From positions 14,042-78,041 of the forward strand of contig JAZQGZ010000084.1 of NCBI GenBank assembly GCA_045540255.1: DNA of 64,000 nucleotides, given 5' to 3'. This stretch comes from Oscillospiraceae bacterium (GTDB lineage: Bacteria > Bacillota > Clostridia > Oscillospirales > Ruminococcaceae). The notes under the pieces were generated by a model. That model had not been told where the DNA came from. It was given only the letters and a program-made list of their open reading frames with translations, and searched no databases. Within the stretch, counting starts at the first letter, position 1. Every line of letters starts with the position of its first letter. A program made the position numbers and the translations under genes. Positions 39,678-49,235 of this stretch are shown one piece after another.

Positions 39678-40895
39678 TTACTGCCCATAATGCTCCATGA
39701 AGATATTGAAAAACTCCGCCGCTACCTCTCCTGCATTTGAGACACGTTTAGGTTGGTTCACAAGGCAGATCGACATAAATCCGTTGTAATACATTCCCGC
39801 AAAGGCATTATAAACATCTGTATTTCCCGTATGATATACAAGCCCTTCAGTGCAACGCATACCATAACCGTAATCTTCTACTGAAGTTGTCATTTGTTCA
39901 AGAAGCTCATCGCCTATAACGTTCCCATCAAACAGATGCATGAACCACTGATAGATATCATATACACCTGCATTCACGGAGCCACAGCCGAGTGCAGTAC
40001 TTGTTCTCATAGAAAGAGTCGTTCCGTCCTCATAATAAGATCGGGTAGTAGTTTCACGAAAACCGTTGTTGGCAGTCAACATATCACACGGATCGAATAT
40101 GTGCTCCTGCAGATAATCCTGATATGTCATGCCTGAAACATACTCTATTATAAGTCCAAGCAGATAGAAATTCGTATTGCAGTACTGGAATTCGAGATCC
40201 GGCTCAGAGTAGATCGGTGCTGTATACAGGTATTCGATCAGGAAATCACGCGGGAAATCCTCCGTGGTATCATCAGCCGCATCTGCCCTGCTGATGTATT
40301 CTTCCAAGAAATCTTCAGGGAAGAAATAACCGGGTACATTAAGATAATCAAACAATCCGGAACGCATCTGTAGCAGATTTTTTATCGTTATATTCTTACC
40401 ATGCTCATATTCGGGGAAAAACTTGTCTAACGTATCATCAAGCGACAGCTTACCATCCTCCACAAGCTGCAGTATAGCGGCTGCTGTCATCTGCTTCGAT
40501 ATCGACCCTATCTCGTAAGTATCAGTAGCATCAGATTCTTCGCCTGTCATTATATCTCTGCAGCCATAGCCTGACGCAAGTATTATCCTTCCGTTATAGG
40601 CCAGTAAAACCGAACCTTGAAAGCCCAGCTCATCCAGATAATCTTCCACATCCATTATAAAAGGAAGATACTTAGGATTTTTTACAAGCTTATCTTCAAA
40701 ATCGCAGAAAAGAGTCTGCGGCTCAGGAATCACTTCAGGTAACGGCTTGGTCTCAACCGACTCGAATGTTACCTCAGACCCGAAAGACTCTGTGGTAGTC
40801 GCTTCGGTAGTGACGTCCTGCTGTTTCTGAGGGATGACGGTACAGCCTGACAACAGCAGTATCAGAATCATTGTTAGTGAAAGAAATCTTTTCAT
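39678..40895 (-). CDS. Serine hydrolase, beta-lactamase/PBP4-like family lipoprotein
   Basis: Lipobox LLLSGC and the SxxK active-site motif SISKQ. 405 aa. Confidence 0.85.
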   Translation of the reverse strand: MKRFLSLTMILILLLSGCTVIPQKQQDVTTEATTTESFGSEVTFESVETKPLPEVIPEPQTLFCDFEDKLVKNPKYLPFIMDVEDYLDELGFQGSVLLAYNGRIILASGYGCRDIMTGEESDATDTYEIGSISKQMTAAAILQLVEDGKLSLDDTLDKFFPEYEHGKNITIKNLLQMRSGLFDYLNVPGYFFPEDFLEEYISRADAADDTTEDFPRDFLIEYLYTAPIYSEPDLEFQYCNTNFYLLGLIIEYVSGMTYQDYLQEHIFDPCDMLTANNGFRETTTRSYYEDGTTLSMRTSTALGCGSVNAGVYDIYQWFMHLFDGNVIGDELLEQMTTSVEDYGYGMRCTEGLVYHTGNTDVYNAFAGMYYNGFMSICLVNQPKRVSNAGEVAAEFFNIFMEHYGQ

Positions 40896-40982
40896 TAATA
40901 CCTCTTAATGTATTGTGTATCAGTCCACGCTACTATAATGACATCAGACTATGGAAAGTAAACACTGCAAACTGTTAACAAT

Positions 40983-41013
40983 AAAGCAAAAGCCCTCTCC
41001 TCAGGGAGAGGGC
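40983..41013 (-). terminator. Rho-independent terminator after cheV
   Basis: Perfect 9-bp stem GCCCTCTCC/GGAGAGGGC, loop TCAG. On the minus strand it is followed by TTTTGCTTT. Confidence 0.65.
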
Positions 41014-41029
41014 ATAAAATGCCAAAAAA

Positions 41030-41923
41030 TCAGATATTGTCATTAAGATGCTTGATAAGGCTGCCGATCTGAGGCTTTGAGAACTGCGCATTTGCGCCGA
41101 CCGACTCACCCTTACGGCGCATCTGATCATTAATAAGCGAAGAGAACAGAATAACAGGGATACTCTGCAGATACGGATCATCCTTAATAAGCTTAGTAAG
41201 GTGATGTCCATCCATCTGAGGCATCTCGATATCGCTGATAAGGCAAGAAACGTGTGAAAGGATGTTTCCGCCCATCTCCTTATGACCGCTTATGTATTCC
41301 CAGGCATCCTTACCGTTGTCAAAATTCACAACGTTCTTGTAGCCGGCCTCATGTAAAGTATTGACAATAAGTGTATTAAGGAAAGGAGAATCCTCCGCAA
41401 TAACGATGTGCTTATTACTCTTGTCACCGGTAGCCCTTGTTACGCCTGTAGTGTCAAGGACAGCGGTTCTGTTAAGGTCTGAAACGATCTTCTCGAAATC
41501 GAGTATGAGGATTATACGATCCTTGAACTTTGCGATACCTGTTGCAATATTAGTTGCGCCATCGCCGGAAATTGCGGGGGGCTTTTCGATGTCCTCCCAG
41601 GAAATACGCTGAATGCCTTTTACGGATGTAACATGGAAGCCCACATCCATCTGGTTAAAATGGCACACCACCAGCAGGTCGTGCTCAACATCGTTGCTCT
41701 GCTTCTTCAGCACCTTATGAAGGTCGATTACAGAGATAACGGTGTCACGAGGTGTAAACACACCCTCGAACTCAGGGGGGGAATCAGGTACGGGTATAAC
41801 AGGAGTATAGTTCATGATCTCGGTAACCTTAGCGATGTTGATACCGAAGCTCTGCTCACCTACCATAAATTCCAGCACTTCAAGCTCGTTGGTGCCGCTC
41901 TCAAGGAGTATATTAGATTCCAT
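41030..41923 (-). CDS. cheV: Chemotaxis protein CheV (CheW-like domain plus receiver domain)
   Basis: The CheW-like N-terminus (ESGTNELEVLEFMVGEQSFGINIAKV) is followed by a REC domain (VIAEDSPF...ISDIEMPQMDG...SKP). The ATG at 41923 follows AAAGGAGA. Confidence 0.88.
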   Translation of the reverse strand: MESNILLESGTNELEVLEFMVGEQSFGINIAKVTEIMNYTPVIPVPDSPPEFEGVFTPRDTVISVIDLHKVLKKQSNDVEHDLLVVCHFNQMDVGFHVTSVKGIQRISWEDIEKPPAISGDGATNIATGIAKFKDRIILILDFEKIVSDLNRTAVLDTTGVTRATGDKSNKHIVIAEDSPFLNTLIVNTLHEAGYKNVVNFDNGKDAWEYISGHKEMGGNILSHVSCLISDIEMPQMDGHHLTKLIKDDPYLQSIPVILFSSLINDQMRRKGESVGANAQFSKPQIGSLIKHLNDNI

Positions 41924-42035
41924 AGCAAATTCTCCTTTGCATATATTTCTAGTTACATTATACAACATATCTTCACAAAAATCAATATGTTCTGTAAAAT
42001 TTGTGAATATTTTTTTAAAAAATTTTCTTTTGGTT

Positions 42036-42851
42036 TTAAATATTGATATTCATACCGCTGTAAATCTGGGTTACAGCGTCACCCAGCACCTGTTTAAGAA
42101 GCATAAAACCATGTTCACCGGTACAGTGACCGGTATATATACGCTCCACTCCGCTATCGGAAAGCTTTTTTGCCATATCAAGAACCTCTGTGTCATCGGA
42201 ACGGAACAGATGCAATCCACCAATAAGCGCGTATATATTCCTGCCATCAAAGGTTTCGCTGACCTCCTTAATTATTACATCAGCACCTCCGTGACAGCAA
42301 CTATTAAAAATGACCAGACCTTTTTCGGTTTCAAGCACAAGGCTCTGTTCGTGATCAAACAGGTCTATCTCCCAATTCCCATCATTCAGAAGATACATGT
42401 GCGCCTTTCGCCCGGCTGATTCCATATCATGCTTGTGAGGTATGAGCCATGCTCCCTCGAAAAGTTTATAGTCACCAGCAACAAAACGGATCCTGTCGGA
42501 CTTTTCGGACAACACACCGCGTTTTATTCCGATATAATGACGCTCTGCGCCCTCTCCACTGTAGCAGTTCTCCTGAGTCCCACTGCGCAAAATGAAGCTC
42601 GCGGCAGGATTATGGGCAAAAAAAGCTTCCATCCCATCGGCATGATCATAATGAGCATGAGAGAGCACACCATGATCCACTTTTGAAATGTCAATATCCA
42701 GAACATCGGCATTTGAAATGAAACGCTCCGATGCTCCCGTATCAAGCAATACCCGTCTTCCGTTATATTCAATGTAAATCGATAGTCCCCACTCTGAAAC
42801 CAATGGCTCCTGTGCAATATTATCGATAAGTACTACAGCCTTTATCTCCAT
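42036..42851 (-). CDS. MBL-fold metallo-hydrolase
   Basis: 271 aa. The HxHxDH motif appears as LSHAHYDHADG. Confidence 0.85.
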   Translation of the reverse strand: MEIKAVVLIDNIAQEPLVSEWGLSIYIEYNGRRVLLDTGASERFISNADVLDIDISKVDHGVLSHAHYDHADGMEAFFAHNPAASFILRSGTQENCYSGEGAERHYIGIKRGVLSEKSDRIRFVAGDYKLFEGAWLIPHKHDMESAGRKAHMYLLNDGNWEIDLFDHEQSLVLETEKGLVIFNSCCHGGADVIIKEVSETFDGRNIYALIGGLHLFRSDDTEVLDMAKKLSDSGVERIYTGHCTGEHGFMLLKQVLGDAVTQIYSGMNINI

Positions 42852-43042
42852 GGTATCCCCCTCTTTGGTCGATACAACGATTTTACCACATCGTCACAAA
42901 AAATACAAGTCATTTTACCCCGAAACAGCTTATAATATTAAGTCAAAAGTCATCAAATCGTTATCGAACATTATTAAGCCGAAAAACTGCTTCAAAACAT
43001 TATAATTTTGGCCAAAAATTTGATTATTGTTTCTTTTTTGTA

Positions 43043-43070
43043 TTGATTTATCCGCAAAATCTGATATAAT
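43043..43070 (+). promoter_or_regulatory. sigmaA-type promoter for the sugar kinase/addAB array
   Basis: -35 TTGATT (43043-43048), 16-nt spacer, -10 TATAAT (43065-43070). Confidence 0.4.
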
Positions 43071-43157
43071 ATACTATATAGAATGTTTTAATGAACACGA
43101 CCTATAAGCCGTGAGGCTTTTACCGATATATTACGTGACAGAAAAGAGGTACAAAGT

Positions 43158-44126
43158 ATGAACAAGGTTTTACTTATCGGAGAACCAATGGAACTGCTTC
43201 TCGCTATGGACGAGGGTAAGTTATCCGAAGTAAGGAATTTCTATGCTACTGTTACAGGAGCAGAACTTAATGTTGCTGTCGGAGTATCACGCCTGGGGCT
43301 TACAGCCAGATACATGACACGTCTTGGAGATGACCCCAGAGCCGAGCGCATCCGCACCTTTATGAAAGCCAACGATATTGCAGATGATCTAATAATCACT
43401 GATCCTAATCATCAGACAGGTTGCATGATGAAGAGCAAGTCGCTGCCAGGCGAGCATGAGATATATTATTATCGTCAGAAGACCGCGGCCTCTTTCATCT
43501 GCGAGGATGATATAAACTCTCTTGATCTCTCGGATATCCGTGTAATCCACATGACAGGAATATTCCCCGCTATTTCAGAAACCGCTGCAAATGCTGCTCG
43601 CAGACTGATCGAAAGAGCACAGGCGGAACATATAACGATAGTATTTGACCCTGATCTCCGCGGAATGCTGTGGACAACTGACAAGCATACACTTGATCTT
43701 ATTAACGAATTTGCTGCGAAGGTAGACATCTTCCTGCCAAATCTCAACGAAGCCGAAAAACTCTGTGGTCTAAGCGAGCCAAACGAAATAGCCGAGCATT
43801 ATCTTAAGCTCGGTGCAAAGAAAGTTGTTATTACAATGGGCAAAAAAGGTGCATTCTACAAAAGCAGAGTTGAAAGCGGTATAGTTCCCACTTTCCAGGC
43901 TGACGAAGTAGTAAATACACTTGGTGCAGGCGACGCTTTCGCTGCAGGACTTATCAGCGGTATCTGCGATGAGATCCCACTCAGCGAGGCTGTGATACGC
44001 GCCAATGCCGCAGGATGCATACAGATACAGAACAACAGTGATAATGCAGGTCTGCCCACCATGGCTGAGCTGAGAGAATATATGCTGGATCACCGTTTTG
44101 TGGTAGAACACTGCAACGAATTCTGA
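43158..44126 (+). CDS. PfkB-family sugar kinase (2-dehydro-3-deoxygluconokinase-like)
   Basis: 322 aa. PfkB signatures GAELNVAVG and NTLGAGDAFAAG. Confidence 0.85.
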   Translation: MNKVLLIGEPMELLLAMDEGKLSEVRNFYATVTGAELNVAVGVSRLGLTARYMTRLGDDPRAERIRTFMKANDIADDLIITDPNHQTGCMMKSKSLPGEHEIYYYRQKTAASFICEDDINSLDLSDIRVIHMTGIFPAISETAANAARRLIERAQAEHITIVFDPDLRGMLWTTDKHTLDLINEFAAKVDIFLPNLNEAEKLCGLSEPNEIAEHYLKLGAKKVVITMGKKGAFYKSRVESGIVPTFQADEVVNTLGAGDAFAAGLISGICDEIPLSEAVIRANAAGCIQIQNNSDNAGLPTMAELREYMLDHRFVVEHCNEF

Positions 44127-44151
44127 TAAAACGACCTTTACGGAGACACAA

Positions 44152-45732
44152 ATGACCCTTTATGCGACCGATCTTGACGGAACGCTGCTGCGCTCGGACA
44201 TGACGATATCCGAGGAAAGTGTTACCGCTCTTAACAGACTTACAGAAAGAGGCGTGCTGTTCACCTATGCAACGGCACGCTCCTTTTCCAGTGCTGCTCC
44301 GCTTGTGAAAAAACTTGATCTTTCCTGCCCCGCTGTTACTTTCAACGGGGTTTTTGTCATTGATCCCAAAACAGGAGATCATATTATCGAAAACATATTC
44401 ACCCCCAGAACCCTGATGATAGCACAGGAATATATCGTTTCAAACGGGCTTGCCCCATTGGTCTATTCTTATATTGACGGACTAGAACGGGTATCCTATC
44501 TCCGCGACAGAGAGAATGATGTCAGTGGATATACATCATCACGAAAGGGTGACATACGACTGCGCCCCGTAAAGGATTATGCAGAGCTTTTTGAGGGCAG
44601 GATGTTCTACATCACTCTGCTCAATCCACACATCGAATTGTCAGAGCTTTATGAAGTATTCAGCCGTGACAACGGTTTTTCTATAAATATCATGAATGAC
44701 ACATATGATCCTGATTGTATCTGGTGTGAGATATTCAGCAAAAACGCCTCTAAGGCAAGTGCAGTTTTACAGGTGATGGAGCTCGTTCATGCAGATAAGC
44801 TGGTTTGTTTCGGCGACAACAAAAACGATATCTCAATGATACGCGCCGCAGATACAGGTGTTGCAGTTGCGAATTCATGCGAAGAACTTAAAGCCGAGGC
44901 CGACATAGTTATCGGCACCAACGATGAGGGGGCGGTGGCTGAATTCATTCTCCAGCGTGAGAAACCATCTCACGAGATCGACAGATTTTCCCATGCGCTA
45001 AGCCGCGCCATGATCCGTATACGCGGTATGCACGGCTCGGTAGGAACTCAGAACGAGAAACTTATACACGCCTTCCTCAAGAACTACTACGCGCCTTATT
45101 CGGATGAGCAGGAGATAAAGATCGGCAGATATTTCGCCGATGCAGTTTGCGAGGATGGAATATTCGAAATACAGACCCGCTCGCTCTACAGATTGAAAGA
45201 TAAGCTGAAAGACTTCACTGCTGCCGCACGGGTAACTGTTGTTCATCCTGTAGAATACGAGAGCAGAACTGTTTACATAAATGCTGACACAGGAGAGATC
45301 GCCAAGGAAACTCCGTTCAGAATAGCCAATCCAAAAGCAAAGATATTCAAAGAACTTTATTCTGTCCGTGATTACCTCAACAATGAAAAAGTACGAATAA
45401 TACTGGCAAAACTGAAAATCGAGAAGCGAGTGTATTTCCACGGAAATACACTTCCCGATCTGAGAAGCCGAAAAACAAGGCAAAAACTGATGATAGAAAA
45501 GATCCCGCTGAAGCTTATCGAAGAAAATACTCTTTCATCCAAGCAGGACTATAGTATCTATCTGCCGAAAGATCTGCCAGAACAGTTCACAAAAAAAGAT
45601 TTCATAAAACTTGCAAAGGATGGAACTACCAGCCTGAGGCTTGAGGTACTCCGCGCCGCAGGACTTATCAAACAAACAGGCAAAACAGGAAACAGTTTCA
45701 TATATTCACTTGCCGACAAGGAGAAAAAATGA
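44152..45732 (+). CDS. Cof-type HAD-IIB hydrolase fused to an uncharacterised C-terminal domain of about 240 aa (PD-(D/E)XK-like E-I-Q motif plus wHTH-like tail)
   Basis: 526 aa. HAD motif I DLDGTLL and motif IV GDNKNDISM lie in residues 1-275. The C-terminal part contains YFADAVCEDGIFEIQTRS and ends with LRLEVLRAAGLIKQTGKTGNSFIYSL. The stop overlaps the addB start (ATGA). Confidence 0.8.
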   Translation: MTLYATDLDGTLLRSDMTISEESVTALNRLTERGVLFTYATARSFSSAAPLVKKLDLSCPAVTFNGVFVIDPKTGDHIIENIFTPRTLMIAQEYIVSNGLAPLVYSYIDGLERVSYLRDRENDVSGYTSSRKGDIRLRPVKDYAELFEGRMFYITLLNPHIELSELYEVFSRDNGFSINIMNDTYDPDCIWCEIFSKNASKASAVLQVMELVHADKLVCFGDNKNDISMIRAADTGVAVANSCEELKAEADIVIGTNDEGAVAEFILQREKPSHEIDRFSHALSRAMIRIRGMHGSVGTQNEKLIHAFLKNYYAPYSDEQEIKIGRYFADAVCEDGIFEIQTRSLYRLKDKLKDFTAAARVTVVHPVEYESRTVYINADTGEIAKETPFRIANPKAKIFKELYSVRDYLNNEKVRIILAKLKIEKRVYFHGNTLPDLRSRKTRQKLMIEKIPLKLIEENTLSSKQDYSIYLPKDLPEQFTKKDFIKLAKDGTTSLRLEVLRAAGLIKQTGKTGNSFIYSLADKEKK

Positions 45733-48700
45733 CCGAATTTATCATAGGCAAAGCCAGTGCCGATGTTACGGCAAGACTTCGCAGTAAACTCATGAAAGAA
45801 GTCACCGGCGGACAAAAGGTCCTCGTCATCGTACCGGATCAATTCGAATTCGAAACAGAAAAAGCTCTGTATCGCGCCTGTGCAGCCGAGGGCAATACAA
45901 CGCTTTTCACAAACATCTCTGTCAAAACACCCGATAAGCTTTCAAGCGAGATAATATCCAGATACGCCGGTGAGAAAAAACCTGCTGATGATATCACAAA
46001 ACACATTCTCATGTACCGTGCGGTAAGCGAGTTACGCGATGAGCTGACAGCTTTTGAAAAAATAGCACTAAGACCCGGATTTGCTCCCAAAATGACGGGT
46101 ACTGTTGCTATGCTCAAAAGTGCAGGTATCAGTGCTGCATCATTTTCCAAGACAGTTGACTCTGTAAAAGAGGATTTCCGCGACAACTCCCCTGCCCTTT
46201 TTGCAAAGCTGAATGATATAAGCAGAATATATTCCGCTTATGACGCACTTCTTTCCCGTTCGTATTCCGATAAAGCTGACAGTGCTATGGTAGCAGCACG
46301 TCTTGCGGCAGAAAACGGATTTTTCAAAGGATATAACATCTACTGTGACGGATTCAGTGATTTTTCGGCAGGACAGATCGAACTGCTTTTCAGCATGATC
46401 GATCTTGCCGAAAGCATCACATTTGCTTTTGTTTCAGATAACAGCAAACACTGCAGAGATATATTCACCACTGTAAACAGTTGTATAACGATGCTTGCGG
46501 AACACTCGAAAAACGCTGACAAGCAGGTTATAGGCCCTGATAAACTTATAACTGACAACGATCGTTTTTTAAGTCCTGCACTTGCTGCGGTATCTGATGG
46601 TATTTTCAGTGAGCACTACGCCTACTGCATGGCTGACGGGCTGCGCATAATAAAATGTGATGACGTTCATCTTGAGGCAGATTTTATCGCTGCCGAGATA
46701 CGCCGTCTTATCACTGAAGAAAGCTATCGCTGCAACGAGATCGCGGTGCTTTCTACCAATGCAGAAGAATATCGTGCTTCCATCGAAAGCTCATTCGACA
46801 AATACGAGATACCTCTTTTCTGCGATGTGCCCGAAACAATACTCCATATGCCGCTTGTAAATCTTGTTTTGTCTCTGCTGAATGTAATGAAGAACTTCAC
46901 AGTTGAAAATGTGCTTAGCTATTTCAAGACGGGCTTCATTCAGAAAAGCAACGGAAAACCGCTTACAATGCGCGATGTCAATGATCTCGAAAACTATATC
47001 TACGAATGGGATCTTAAAGCTGATAATCTTAAAGAGTCTTTTCCTGAACGAAACGGTGAGATCCCTCGCGCAGAAAAGATACGCGCTGACATCATTCCTC
47101 CGCTGCTGAAGCTTCGCGAGAGGCTCAAAAACTGCACAGGCGATGAGATCACTAAGGGTATTTGTGATTTCCTTTTTGATACTGTAGGAATCCAGCGTGC
47201 AGTGGCTGCGCACTGTAAAAAAGCAGGAAGTGAGCTGCTGTCCGACTCAGACGAAAAACTTATATCCTCATATCAGACGCTGTGGAATACGATGCTGGAA
47301 ATATTCGAAGGGCTTTACCGCGGGCTTGAGGGTTACAGGATAAACCTTGCAGATTATTGCGACCTTGTGCGCGATATTTGTGCAGGTACTTCACTGGCAA
47401 AACCACCTCAGGTACTCGACGCTGTGCTTATGGGTGATATAGTAAGAACACGAGTTGACGGAATACGTGTTGTTTTTGTCGCGGGGACCAACTATGGTCT
47501 GTTTCCCGCTGAGGAAACACCTCGTGGAGTTTTCACCGAATACGAGACCGAATTACTTGGCGAAAGCATACTCAAAATAGGTATGAACCGACGTGAGAGA
47601 TACTGCTATGGCAGGTATCTTGCATACCGCGCGCTGTCAATGCCGAGCGAAAAACTGTATATCAGTTTTCCCATGATAGATACTTCGTGCGCCAGACTCT
47701 CTCCATCCGATGTGATAAAAGATATCACCGATATGTTTAATGACCTTTCTACCGAAAACGCCTCGGAAATGGGCGATGATTTCTATTGCAGCAGCAAGCT
47801 TGCGGCGCAACAGCGTTATGCTTCGATATGCAGAACTGACAGCACAAGACGCTCTACACTGAAAAAAGCGTTAGAGGAAACAGAATGCGGTGATTTCGTA
47901 AGAAAGCTTGAAGTGCTTACAGCAAGACAGAGCACAGCATTTAAGCACGAGCTCCACCCCGATACCGCCGAAGCACTATTCAGAAGCAGGACTTTTTCCG
48001 CAACGAAACTGGAACGTCTTAATCACTGCCGTTTCGAGTATTTCTGCACCAACGGGCTTCGTATCCGCGAAAAGAGCCGCAAAAACCTGAGCAGCCTCGA
48101 GATAGGTAATGCTGTACATTATGTATTACAAAAAGTTCTTGAAAAATACTGTGATGCCATGGATGCCTTTATTGTATTATCAAGACCTCAGCTTGCCACA
48201 GAAGCCAGATATTTTCTGGATGAATATAAAGCCGAGAATCTTGGCGGTGATTATGCAAAAAGCCTCCGTTTTGGATACCTTTATAAAAATCTGACTATTG
48301 GCGCGGTTGATATTCTGATACTTCTTCAGGCTGAATTTGCGGCAAGAGATTACCGTCCTAAATTCTTCGAACTTCAGATAGGAACTCATGATACCGCAAC
48401 ATCTCCCGCGGGCAGCAGCACAACGCTTGACACAACTAAGCTGCCGGAAGCTGCTTTAACAGACGATGCAGACATTGTATACAAAATAATAGAATCCACC
48501 GAAGGCAGCGATACAAATACTCCCGGAAGCAATCGCACCAAAATTAACACCTCTGCACTTTCGGTAAGAACCAAGAATGGTATCGAAGTAAATATCACAG
48601 GAATCATAGATCGTGCTGATATCTTCACCGATGAAAACGAAAACGAATATATCCGCGTGGTAGACTATAAGACAGGCTCAAGGGAGTTCAGCATGGTCAA

Positions 48701-49235
48701 CCTGTACTATGGAATAAACACCCAGATGCTGCTTTATCTTATTGCAGTATGTAGCGCAAATAAAGAACTTCGCCCCGGCGGAGTGAGCTATCTCCCTGCA
48801 CGTGTAACAGAGCCGGCAGACAAAAAAAGCGCGGCATTTGCGCTGCTAGCACAGGATCACATCCAAAGCGGAATGTATGTAAAGTCAGATGCAACAGATG
48901 CAGAAATGATGAAATACGCAAGCATTATGTCTGCACGTTCAGGAGCAAAGACCTCGAAATTCATACCAAAAGATGAAAACAACCTTTCGGAAGCTGAATT
49001 TTCTATACTTGCTGACGACTGTATCAACCAGACCGAAAGAGTCCTGACAAAACTTTACAATGGAGATGTAGACGCTATCCCAACCGTTTACAAGGAAAAG
49101 AATCAGGAACGAAGTGCTTGCGGTTACTGCCGATTTAAAGCTATTTGCGGACATAGCAAAGATCACGAGCTCCATGCAGTGCCTGTAGAAAAGAAACCCG
49201 TGAGAAAGAAAAAACAGAAAGGAGAGCAAAAATAA
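45729..49235 (+). CDS. addB: Helicase-exonuclease AddAB, subunit AddB
   Basis: 1168 aa. C-terminal RecB-type nuclease motif GIIDRADI...VVDYKTG and Fe-S cysteines (NHCRFEYFC, CGYCRFKAIC). Precedes addA with a 1-nt overlap. Confidence 0.93.
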   Translation: MTEFIIGKASADVTARLRSKLMKEVTGGQKVLVIVPDQFEFETEKALYRACAAEGNTTLFTNISVKTPDKLSSEIISRYAGEKKPADDITKHILMYRAVSELRDELTAFEKIALRPGFAPKMTGTVAMLKSAGISAASFSKTVDSVKEDFRDNSPALFAKLNDISRIYSAYDALLSRSYSDKADSAMVAARLAAENGFFKGYNIYCDGFSDFSAGQIELLFSMIDLAESITFAFVSDNSKHCRDIFTTVNSCITMLAEHSKNADKQVIGPDKLITDNDRFLSPALAAVSDGIFSEHYAYCMADGLRIIKCDDVHLEADFIAAEIRRLITEESYRCNEIAVLSTNAEEYRASIESSFDKYEIPLFCDVPETILHMPLVNLVLSLLNVMKNFTVENVLSYFKTGFIQKSNGKPLTMRDVNDLENYIYEWDLKADNLKESFPERNGEIPRAEKIRADIIPPLLKLRERLKNCTGDEITKGICDFLFDTVGIQRAVAAHCKKAGSELLSDSDEKLISSYQTLWNTMLEIFEGLYRGLEGYRINLADYCDLVRDICAGTSLAKPPQVLDAVLMGDIVRTRVDGIRVVFVAGTNYGLFPAEETPRGVFTEYETELLGESILKIGMNRRERYCYGRYLAYRALSMPSEKLYISFPMIDTSCARLSPSDVIKDITDMFNDLSTENASEMGDDFYCSSKLAAQQRYASICRTDSTRRSTLKKALEETECGDFVRKLEVLTARQSTAFKHELHPDTAEALFRSRTFSATKLERLNHCRFEYFCTNGLRIREKSRKNLSSLEIGNAVHYVLQKVLEKYCDAMDAFIVLSRPQLATEARYFLDEYKAENLGGDYAKSLRFGYLYKNLTIGAVDILILLQAEFAARDYRPKFFELQIGTHDTATSPAGSSTTLDTTKLPEAALTDDADIVYKIIESTEGSDTNTPGSNRTKINTSALSVRTKNGIEVNITGIIDRADIFTDENENEYIRVVDYKTGSREFSMVNLYYGINTQMLLYLIAVCSANKELRPGGVSYLPARVTEPADKKSAAFALLAQDHIQSGMYVKSDATDAEMMKYASIMSARSGAKTSKFIPKDENNLSEAEFSILADDCINQTERVLTKLYNGDVDAIPTVYKEKNQERSACGYCRFKAICGHSKDHELHAVPVEKKPVRKKKQKGEQK

